Assembly (NCBI RefSeq): GCF_964355755.1
Contig: NC_092673.1
Span: 17,667,648-17,731,647 of the forward strand
DNA: 64,000 nucleotides
From: Antedon mediterranea
Taxonomy: Eukaryota; Animalia; Echinodermata
Reading direction: 5' to 3'
Shown: piece by piece, positions 12,901-24,900 of the stretch
Layout of the letters: each line of letters opens with the position of its first letter
Position numbering within the stretch: the first letter of the stretch is position 1
Notes under the pieces: generated by a model
Seen by the model: the letters and a program-made list of their open reading frames with translations, nothing else
Database searches by the model: none
What the model was told of the DNA's origin: nothing
Program-made: the position numbers and the translations under genes

Positions 12901-15900
12901 CGTAGTTTAGAATTTATGACTGTTTAAAAAAAGGCATAATTTTGACAAATTTTTGAACTTTTTCATCAAAAATGCGTGTAAATTGTTTAATTCTACGTGC
13001 TCGTATGACGTGATTTTAAGTCGAAATTGTTTGAAAGTTGGTAAATTTTCTAAAAAAGACAGGAAAAACAAAAATCAAGCAAAAAAATGATGTTTTTGCG
13101 CTACGTGCGCACGTGCGCGTAAAAAAATTGCGCACGCGTGGGAATTTTTGAAATGCTCAAAATGACATGAAACGCGTAGAAAGTTGATTAGATATTGATT
13201 TTTCGCATTTTGAAATTTTAAACGCGCGTAACTTTTTGTGAAACATGCCATTTTTAATCCATAGAAAGTTTGCGCTTGATATGACTTAAAGTTTCACCAA
13301 GTTTCAATACAAAACGACTTTTAGTTTTTAATATATGATCAATCATTGAAATTCATAAAATCGCGCGTAACTTACGCTGCGCGAATCAAAGTTCATAAAA
13401 AAAAGTTTCTTGCACATCTACAGCTACAGGGCTATCTTTTGACAAAGTTATACAATCATATGTTGGCCAGAATTAGAGATACGCTGCGAACAAAATTCGT
13501 GGAAAGAAAGAAGAACATAGGAAAAAAATGGGTTATCCGCCAAGTGCGGATAACCAAATAGTTATATATGATTTATGATCTGATTTAAAGTGTACAGTTA
13601 CCTATCATATGACATAAATCTTTAATTTCCTTAATGAACAAAAAAATCTATTTTTTTTATATATTCAGTTATTAATTAACAATTATTGACAATGGTCTAA
13701 TTAATTGTAAATATGAAATAAAATGCGACAACTACTAAACAACTAAAAATGTTTATTAAAAAAAATAATAGAATCTGATTTTAATAAAAAATTATTATTA
13801 ATTAAAAACCTGCTCCCTCCCTTACCTTACAAAAAATGCTTCTGTCAGTCTATCCAGCTAATTATGAACATGGCCATAAAGAAATCCTTTTCCAACCTAG
13901 GATCTTTTTGTGCAAACATTTGCCACAAAATGAAATGTAAACAATGTTTTGTTAGTTTTCAAAATCTAAATTGTTTGAGTAATGCAATTTAAAAAAGAAA
14001 GGTAATATGAAATTATTCTTTTCAAACTGAATGCTTTTAAGAAAAGTTCCGTCTCTTATCTTATGACTTTTTTGGAAAAATGATTTCTCGCTAAAATATA
14101 ATATACTAGTAAGTGCTCACAGATGGTTCTTAAATACATGACCTTTGGTAAATGACTGAAAATTGTTTAAATACAAAGCAAATAAAATACAGATATGTTG
14201 GAATTTATGTAGTCAAATATAATTGTCATCCTGAGAATTACCTTAATTTTGTTTATTGCATGGTATTGTTCACCAAATTCCTGTCTTGGTACAATTGATG
14301 ATGGGATGGTATCAGGCTTCATGATATGATATGATTTTCATCGAGGCAAATGGTTTAAACTAAATTTGTTATCGTTAATATCTAACTTAGCTTAATTATG
14401 ATATTGGTTTCATTGGGAGTTAAAAATCAGTACCGAAAGTATGTACCAACTTTCTCTACCATTGAGTATAAATTCTAGAAGTTGCACTTAATTTACTAAA
14501 ATTTCCCATTACCTAAATTTATATGTAAATTCATTAAACAACTTATTGGTCTCATATTGTTAACATCTAAACATTTGTTTGTACAATTTTATGAAATATG
14601 TATTTTATTAATGTTGAAATTTTGTGATTGATATTTATAAATTTACATAGGGATTTGCTGGTGTAATAGGCCAACATTAATTGTAATTGTTGTTTGTTTT
14701 GACAAAAAAACAAACAATTTCACATAATGTCTGTTGTCAGTATTTATAAACATCATGATTATGATTCCTTTCCAGGATGGTAATACTCCATTACATGTGT
14801 ATTTTAGGAGGAGTAGATTAATACCTACCTTAAAAATAGTGACTTTTCTGATTCAGCATGGGGGCACCATGTTGTTCTAGGAATTTCCATGCTAGTTGTG
14901 TCTACATTAATCCTCATAGGTTTAGAACATTCTTCAAAAATAGGTCTTCTGACTGGTGCTGCCATCTTTGTGCACTCCCAAAACTGAATGATTCATTCTT
15001 TAGTATCTCTTCGGATACAAATGAAAACGATGCATTGCTCAACTTGGATCCACTAGTATGTGGAATCAACAACGATTCCAGCAGTAATTCGGACTCTATC
15101 ATTGATCCTGCAGAGGTACTGAAAGGAAAAGGCATGCATTTTCTTCATGTTAATGCGCGGTCTCTACTACCCAAAATATCTGAACTTAGAACACTTGTTG
15201 GTGGAACCAAAGTGGCAGTCATTGCTGTCACTGAAACGCACCTTGACAGTTCCATTACCGATAATGAAATACACATCCCAGACTTCCAACTATATCGTCG
15301 AGACCGTGCCAGAGCAGGTGGTGGAGTATGTCTGTACTTCAAGTCTACCCTGGCCATTACTATGCGGTCTGACTGTAACAATGCCAACATTGAGGCACTA
15401 TGGTCTGAAGTACATCTCCCAAGAACAAGGCCTATTATCGTTGGAGTCTGTTATCGGCCACCAAAACAACGTCATGGTGAATTTATTGATGGAATGGATA
15501 ACATTATGGAACAACTACCGAGAAACTCAGAGATCTACATTTTCGGAGATACAAACATGTCTAGCTTGAAAAAGGATAGCAACTATATCAAATTCCAACA
15601 GACTCTGCACATCAGTGGAATGTCTCAAATTATGAGCGAACCCACACGCATCTGTGATTCCTGCGAATCTTGTCTTGATCATATTATCACCAACTCTTCG
15701 GACAAACTAAACAAATTCGGAGTGCTATCTATAGGCTTCAGTGATCACTTTCCTATATAGGCCACTCGTCACACACAGCGACAAAAACACCACACGCATA
15801 AAAAGGTGAAGATTAGATCAACTAAAAACTACAATAGAGAAAAGTTTATACGTCTTCTTCAAGAGACTGATTGGGACAATGTTCACAAGGCAGAAACCGT

Positions 15901-18900
15901 TGATTTTTCGTGGCAAGCCTTTTGTGTAAATTTCACAAATGTTTTGGATAAAGTTGCTCCTGTAAAAGAAGTCCGAATTAGACACTCTTCTCAGCCGTGG
16001 ATGACACCTGACATACTCAAAATTATTAAGGCCAGGGATATTTATCTTAATAAATTCAAAAGAACTCGTAATTTATTATATCGTACTGAATACTGTAAAC
16101 TTAGAAATCAGGTACAAAGAAATATAAAAGAAGCAAAGCAGACTCATTTTATTGACAAGATCAATACAAATCGACATAACCCTAAAAAGTTATGGAAGGT
16201 TATAAAAGATCTTGGGTATCAAAATAAACAAAATGAAACTGCTTCGATTACTCTTAAAATAAATGATAAACTATGTAGTGAGCCAAACATTATTGCCAGT
16301 CACTTTAACTCGTTTTTTACAAACGTAGCATCAGATCTGGTAAGAAAGCTCCCGCAAAGGTCATACCAATTTGATGTAAATTCTGAGAATTTTAAAAAAT
16401 ACTATGACGGTACTGACAAATTTTCCTTGCAACCTGTAAACAACGATATAGTTAAAAAGGAGATCTTGGGTCTCAGTATAAATAAAAGTACAGGTCTAGA
16501 TTGCATACCCACACGTTTTTTAAGGGATGCGTCCGAAATTATTGCAACTCCCATAACACGGATTATCAATTTCTCATTTGAAACGGAATGTTTTCCAAAT
16601 GAGATGAAATTGGCTCGTGTTCGACCAATTTACAAGAAAAAAAATAATCTTGAAACTGCTAACTATAGGCCTGTCAGTATACTGTCGGTGGTGTCAAAAA
16701 TTGTAGAAAAGATTGTTCACTCACAATTAAATGAGTTTTTGGAAAGGAACAAGCTTTTATATCGTTTTCAGTCTGGTTTCAGACAGTCCTTTTCAACAGA
16801 TCACTGTTTAATTCACTTGACAGACTTCATTAAAACTCAAACAGCGAAAGGGAAATTTACTAGTATCTTACTTATTGACATCCAAAAAGCTTTTGACTGC
16901 GTTAGTCATGACTTACTTTGTAAGAAACTCAGAAAAATTGGAATCGAATCTGTCAGCTGGTTTAAATCATATCTGGAATGTAGACATCAAACAGTCAATA
17001 TATTGGTGGGGCTGTTTCAGAGCCTTCAGAAATTGTATGTGGAGTGCCACAAGGGAGCATCCTGGGACCACTCCTGTTCCTCATCTACGTCAATGATATG
17101 CCTATGTCTGTCTCATCATTGTTAATGCAATATGCTGACGATAGTGCAATTGTCAATGCTCATCATGATCCTGATATTATCAGTAAAAATCTTGCTAGGG
17201 ATCTGTCTAATTGTAATAAATAGTTAATTGACAATAATTTATCACTTCACATGGGAAAAACTGAACTAATGTTGTTTGGTCCCAGGATGTCTCTCAAGAA
17301 CTACACAAATTTTAGCGTCCTTTACAATGGCTATACAATTTCTTTGAATAGCTCTATAAAATACCTTGGTATCGAACTAAGCAATAGGCTTAATAGTGAA
17401 TTAATTGTCTCAACAATTATTAAGAAAGTTAATGGTCATATTAAATTTGCGTATAGGAATTGTCGTAACTTTGATCGCTGTATTCGTAAACTCATAATGG
17501 AAGCCCTGGCTCTAAGCCATATAAATTATGCTATATCATCCTGGTACTGGGGTACAACCGCGGATTCCCGTACTAAACTTCAAAGAACACAAAATAAAGT
17601 AATTATTGTATTGTCTCATATATGGTACATCTGCAGCATTGCAAAATAGGGTAATGTAGGCTTACAAAGAATTGTCAGGACAATTTCACATTTTATTGTT
17701 ATCATGAGTATTTATAAACTTGAACTTCAGTATCAATTAGCCTCCATATTAATCAATAGTATTACTACCTCAACGAGCAGCATTATTTAATCAGACTTAC
17801 CGATATAGAATTCTCAAGTAAAAAATGTTTGATTGTTTTCACCTTTTTCTCTTTTTACACATAGCACATTCTAACAAGTTTGTTTTGATTTTGATATTCA
17901 TTTATAAGTCAACTATAATTGTAATGTGTTGTTGTTTTAATATTTCATTTGTATCTTGATAGTATCCAAATATTATTTGCTTTGAAAGTTTATTGTAAAA
18001 CTATTTGTTGTTTTATATTATGGCTCAAACATTTTAACACATTTACCTACTGTTCCAAAGTAAACTTTTATTCAATTTATCTCTCTCTCTCTTCCATCTT
18101 TCAATGTTGAAGGCGGTAGACTATAAACGGCAGCGCTTAAGTTTTGGTTTGGATACAGGAGTTATAGGTGGCGCACTGTACAAGTTGATGTCATTTATTG
18201 GCAAATAGTAATTTCTATTCACGTCCTAATTTACAACCAATGTTAAAAAATAGTAAAGCTACGTGTTATCACATGATGCTCTTTCATCCAATCTCTAGAT
18301 GGTAAATGTTTGAGCCATGACTGTATGTATGTGATGCGTATTAAAGTGTGTTATATTGTATATCAATAATTTCTCAAAAACTACTAATAGTAACTAAACC
18401 CATTTTTTAATAGGATGGAAATACACCTGTCTCTGTTTTAGAAAGTAACAGGTGGATAGGGCACAAGAGAAAAACTGAACTTTTAAACTTCTTTAAAAGT
18501 AAGTGAAGTTTTAATTATTAAAATTTTGGAATCAACTAGTTTTCATTACAAACGATAAAGATTTGATTTTTTGTCCCAAATGAAGAAGAATGTCCAGATA
18601 AAGAAAATTAACATTTATGATATCATTCACAGGTTCAGATGGCAATAGATTAAATAATCCACTGGGATTGTAGTAAACCATGGAGTAAAGAATAAGAGGA
18701 GGCACAACTCGGCCTAGCTATCCAGTTAATCCAATTAGTATCACGCTGTGCGGTAGTGCTTAAGCATAGGGTAATAAACTTCCCATAACGATCCTTTGAA
18801 GAACATCCTGTTTACCCGTGCAGCTCGCTGCAGAGTCGGCTCTGATTACGTAACACCCTAATTAAGGAAGAAGCCAGGCATGACATCGGTGACAAAAAAA

Positions 18901-21900
18901 GTAAACAGAGGCTGCGCAGTAGTTTCTAATACATCATAGTGAAGCATGACCTTTGTGCAGTTGTTCATTGTTCTTTGAGCTTTTTTCTCGAAAAAACCGT
19001 TTAAAAATCGAGTAAATTTTCACGGAGATATCGCAGTTTTTATACCAGCTAACAAATTAATCATATTTTTTGTCAAGCCATAGACGTATCATTTGGTAAA
19101 TCGAAATTTTACCGTTTAAGCAACTTTTTAATTTACGAACCCTAGTGCATTTTGTAGCATATTAAAGACTCCAACTTATTTTAAAATCACATTTTAGTGC
19201 GCGCAAATGCGCGCATGAAAAAAATTATATAATTTGTTCTCATGAATATTCAAAAATATACGTATAGTAGAATTCCAACGACACAATTTCTTATTTTTAT
19301 TACTGTATATGACATTTAATTTATGTTTCAGTCTATATTATGACTGTTTAGCAAAACTAACATTCTTCTATTTTAGTCTGATATTGTATAATTAAATTAT
19401 TTATGATATTAATATCATAAAATATATGATTTTTACGATCACTTAGAGTTCAGTGAACTTGTAGGACTTAAATTATATATCGTTTAACGATTTGTGGCTA
19501 CACATAGGCCTAGTAGTTCGTAATATATTATTATTTAATAAATAGCCTAAATAAGGATAATATTTAATCCCATAATGATGGACATATTTAGTGCATACCG
19601 TAACCGGTAGGCCTAATAGGTTCAGGCATAGGCGCGCCTATAGTAACAATAAACAATATCAATAATAATAATAGGTTTTTTTTATGTAGGTCTATATTAA
19701 TATATTAATAATTGTAATAACGTTAGAAAACAAATAGTAGTAATATTTTATTAAAGAAGAAATTAATCAATTAGTTTTAGTTTTCGGTTGGTCGTTATTA
19801 TAATATTATATAATATGGTATAAAATGGTACGGTACTACGAGAATATTCGTTTAGTATCAACCCGTAACAACAACTACAAATGATATGTGTTGGTTAAAA
19901 ATTCAATTACAAATATAGTCTATGCTCTTTTGTAATTATAAGCCATTGTATAAAAGGATTATGTACAGTTCGGTACATAGCGGTTAATCGTAAAATTAAA
20001 AAATCGGACATACGAACAATAGATCGCCAACATTATTCGTACCCTTTTGCTGTATTGCGTACGTCGATCATTACTGATGCGGCTGTAAACTTCGCCTGGA
20101 AAGTAACTAGTACAGTACACATTCTGGTCCCTGGATGGAACATGATATCACACGTAAACCGCAATGGAGCAGGTCCAATGTTAAACAATTCGTACAAAGG
20201 GGAACCGCCAGACAAGTGCGTACCTAATCATTGTTTATTAGATCGCTGGCAATAATGCATGCAAAGTGCAATAGCTCTCCGCTCCACCAAGCAACGTACA
20301 GTACTAAAAAAATGGAACGTCGCGGTTTTTCTAGGCGCTGAAGTTATACGAAGTGAACGCGAATGATTTTTACTGTATATTATATTCCCCGACGAAAAGT
20401 ACTCGCGTTTCCCAGACGGGGAAGAGGGGAGGGGGGGGGGAGACGACGAGGGGATACAGCCCCCGTAACCCCCCGCTGGCACCACCACTGGTCCTTATTA
20501 AACCCATTTATTCATCATGATTCATGATAAGTTGTCTGGAGAAATTACCAACATTTAGTACACAGTAAACCATATAAATATAATTCCTTTGTTGGTGCCG
20601 TATAAAACTCGTATTATTAATTTATTAATAAAAGATATCCAGTAGAATATATATATAGCGCTGCTTTTTAATAAAAATTAATAAACAAGGTCGGAATACA
20701 AGTTCAGTAGGTCTACAAACAGTATATAGTACACCTTTCACGCTTGAACGCACATCGCCTAGCAAGAGTATTGTGACGTCCTAATACGCATGTGTACTAA
20801 CACCAAAATTGACCGCGGGCAGTAAACATTGTACTCTTTGCTAATTGGGTTACGTAACGGCAGTGTTTAGCACCTCCTTAAATACTCATTACAAGCATAG
20901 CCTTAAGCAAGCGGTAAACACGATGAACTGACTGAACTATTCAAGTTGTGTCTCCTCTTATTCTTTAACATGGAAGTTGTGATATGTTGCAAGATGTGAA
21001 AACCTTATTTTTTATGATTTGAAAATTGCAAATAAATTAGAAAAATTATTTTGCCATTACGATAAAAATACACAAAAATGCAAACTTTAAAATTCCTTTG
21101 AATTAACAATATTGAATAAATTTGGCCACACTTTTTTTTTTATGGAACGTCATTTTTCACATCAAATCAATCTCTTTATTCATCAATACATCAAAACAAT
21201 TATACATAAACAAAATAAAGATGTGAAGATGAAAGGGACCTCCAAGAAACCCAAAGGGACTTGTGATAAAAGGCCCACTATAAGCTAGTTACAAATAAAA
21301 CATACAAAAAATAAATTAATAAAATTAATAAAAATCCTGTATAGACAAATACACGGGATGCGCATTGTTAAGGAATATTTGAACTTTATTAATTGCATAT
21401 AAATGTAAATGTAGAATATTTTTTTTTTAAATGTAATCTATTTTATATATAATGGTATTATTTAAAATATGTATTCGCAATCGGGGCAAACAATTTACGA
21501 TAGGAGGAGATAAATATTGAATTTAACAAGGCCATATAGATGGCTGCAGTCGCTTGCTCAAGTTAGTGTTTACCAACCGACCGACATAGTGAGTTGTAGA
21601 GTGGCGTTGCACATGACTAAAAATCTAATTTTCTTGTTAATCCCATTTTTTGTTTCCACAATGAATGAATTTTCTTCACATACTTTAAGCCAGCTTAAGA
21701 ATTCTATTTCTCTGTATGTAAAATTAAGCATCATACATAATGTATTTTACCTTGGCTCCTACAATTGTATTATCTTGCAACTTCTTATGCAAATAGGCAC
21801 AAAATAATAAGTAATATTTGAGCATAAACGCTTAAATAATTGTAAAAGTTGTTATAAATTAATGAGCTTTCAGTAGAGTACTTACACACAGAATAATAGA

Positions 21901-24900
21901 ATATTGCATTCATATTTTGTTTCTTTTTATTCCCAACTTGTTGTTACTTTTTTCTGGGAGCCTAGGCTTAAAGTTTTATACTTTTAAGGTTTCCTTCCAC
22001 ACATACTATGTTTATTAATTATTATCTTACATGTTTATATAATTATTATTTTATGTATTTTTAATATGTGTGAAGAATATTTATTCAATATCTATTGAAT
22101 ATTGCATAAACGAATTGAATTGCAAATATTTATCCTTGGCTTGGTGTAGGCCTACTAAAAAAGGTTGAGAATACAGAACCAAAACTGATAGTAATGTATG
22201 ACAAAGTGAACAAACTTTTATAGTCTAAGGAACTTTCTTAGCCAATACATACAAGATTAAACCATTAGGTAAGAGTTCAAAATCTATTTCAAAGACCCAT
22301 CCCTACAATTTTCGACTTTTTGTAAAAATAATGCAATATTACTTTAAAAACATTAAACCAGGTTATTCCTTGTCTTATGTACGTTTTATGGTAAATTATG
22401 ATAAAATGAAAGAAACAATGCACTACCTAAGTAGCTCGCAGTTTATTTATTATTATAAAGTTGATTAAAATCATTAATAAACTTATATTTCTTCTCAACT
22501 TTCTGATCGTACCAGACGTAGCCATTGCCAGTGGAACAAAGCAAATCGTTCACTTGTTTAGCCCAACAATGTTCATTTCTATTAGTTTTTCTTAATTGAA
22601 ACATGTAACATTTAAAAGGAAATCTATTTTTATCTATTTCCATGATTTGTAACCAATAATGAATAATAGAAATAAAGCAATCAATGTTTAAGGATAGTCT
22701 GCCTAATTCTGATTTGACAGCCACGCTGGGTGCGCTGTTTCCAATGCCTAAATAAATCTTAAAAACGTGTATGTAAATGATCAATTGGTGATAAATTCGA
22801 AAAGCCCCATGTCTCACTCCTGTAAATTAAAATTGGTAAAACTTTGTCAAAAATGTGTTTCCATATATTCTCTGGTAGGTATTTTGTTTTGCTATTAATT
22901 GATTGTAAATAGTACGTACGTTATTTGCTTTTTGACAATTGTGTTCAATTGTGTTATTCCACTGACCATTTGAATTGAAAACCACTTCCAAGTAAGTATA
23001 CGATTTAACAACTTCCATTTTAATGTTTATGTAATACCATTTTTCATATTTTCTTAATTTTTCACCTTTTTTAAATACCATTATGTTTTATTTGTTTACA
23101 TTTACACCCATGTGTCACAAAATATTTCCAATATAATTATTAAATTTTGTAAGCCTTTACTGTGTCTACGAATAGTAATAAATCAGCAGCATATAGCAGA
23201 TGGTTTATAAAGCAATCCCCGAATGGTATTTTTTCGTTATTTTGATTTAGCTAGTAATTCATAAATATATTAAAGATGATGGCAGGGGTGACCCTTGTTG
23301 TATTCCAATTGAACATTCAAATAGGAGTGTTAATGAGTTTCCTATTTTTACATGCGCTATCAATTGGAAACTAAATAATATATATGACGTCATATATATT
23401 ATTATTTACACCTATTCTTCTTAATTTTAATAATAGAAAATTATGATTTGTACTGTCAAGTGCACGTTTTAGATCAACGAAGCAACAACATATTCTACCC
23501 CTATATTTTTGAATTATGCTGTTAAGAATTAAAATATTATCTAATGTGCGGAATCCCTTGCGAAAACCTGATTGTTCTTGTTAAATAATGTTATTGTTTT
23601 CAAGTATGGTTAGTTATTCTAGTGTTAAGGATGTTTAAAAATATTTTGCCAAGAATTGGAATTAGAGAAATGCCCCTATATTAAATACTAGGCTAGACTT
23701 ACCAAATATTTATTTTGTTTTCAAATTTAGCGCCAGCTGAACCGCTGCTTCAATAGGCTAAAATAGTCCTTGGCTGTACTGCTAATAACTAATTGTACTG
23801 TATATTCATTACATTGGTGGTGGGCGGGGGGCGGTGTTCTTCTAAACACCAAGCCCTTCAAAGTATAACTAAGCTCGACCAAGTGTATAAAGTGTATATT
23901 TTACAAAATATTTATATTATACAAACATTTAGAGTGTTAATTGCATTTTAAGCAATAAATACATTTAGAGTAATTATGACACATTGTACATTCTAGGCTG
24001 ATGTTTAAATTTTTTATTTTTTTACAATTAATATTTACAAAAGTGTAGCGTACACACATAATGGGGAACTAACGACTGGGGACAGTGGGCACGTTTTCTG
24101 AGCGTGCTTTAGTAGGACCACAAAAGCGCCCTTATTGTAAGCAAAATTGTTTGACATCAGCCTAAACCATGGTGGGGCTCGAGTTATCTTTATTGTGTTT
24201 TGACAAACAGGTATAAAAACAAAATTGGTTACTGGTCATAAAACAGAATATAAATAAAAACATTCAAAAAGTTCAAAGCATATTGAAAACTTACGATAGA
24301 TGTTTTTAATCGCATTTCCTACTGCCTAATTCTGAATCACACCAGTTATTCATTTCAGGATTACTTTATTTTCACTTTACCCATTGAAACCATGCTAATC
24401 AACTGTATGTTGCTAGAATTTCAACGATTTAGATTCAGGGTCGCTGTCAAAAAATGTTGCATAACGTCTATATGTTTAAATGAGTTTGAGTTCCACAATT
24501 TTTTTTAGGACATAATTTAAATTAATAACTGTAGTTGTTAACTGTATACATTGTAGTTAAAAATATACATTATTATTTATTATAGTATATTCAGAATGAA
24601 TGATTGCTTGTACACAGTCACCCACAAGTGTTTGTAAGGCTTTGTATCACACAGAGCCTTTATATATAACCTTATACCATTGAAACAAAAAAAAAGACTT
24701 TTAATATAGTGTTTTTTATGAAAATATATAATATGTAATATTTTTGTTTTGTGCATTTTTTTAGATTTACCAAGTACTACTGTTGAGCAATTTCAAACAC
24801 AATTTCAGAAACAGACAAGTGACAAACAGAAAACAAAACTTCTTAAGCCAGAGAGTGGTAAGTTTAAGAATAAGACCTGCTGTATGTTTTATGATTGTAT

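Larger units (their letters stand above)
2220..14634 (+). repeat. Tandem segmental duplication: ~2220-9192 repeated at ~9558-14634
   Basis: Near-identical sequence. The offset steps from ~7338 to 7007 to 6656 through loss of one exon unit and a ~350-bp deletion. Confidence 0.9.

Noticed and set aside
863-14869. RAG-type recombination signal sequences flanking cassettes
   Set aside because: No CACAGTG heptamer with a 12/23-spaced ACAAAAACC nonamer seen beside the exons; A-rich tracts only resemble the nonamer by low complexity.
14858-17649. Intact active LINE or domesticated RT driving cassette diversification
   Set aside because: Two in-frame stops, a frameshift and truncated ends; no sequence evidence of RT-templated mutagenesis (variation is not adenine-specific and there is no template repeat).
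23730-23760. Possible extra gene A exon after tttcaaatttAG
   Set aside because: The required phase-1 frame meets TAG within nine codons and no good donor follows.
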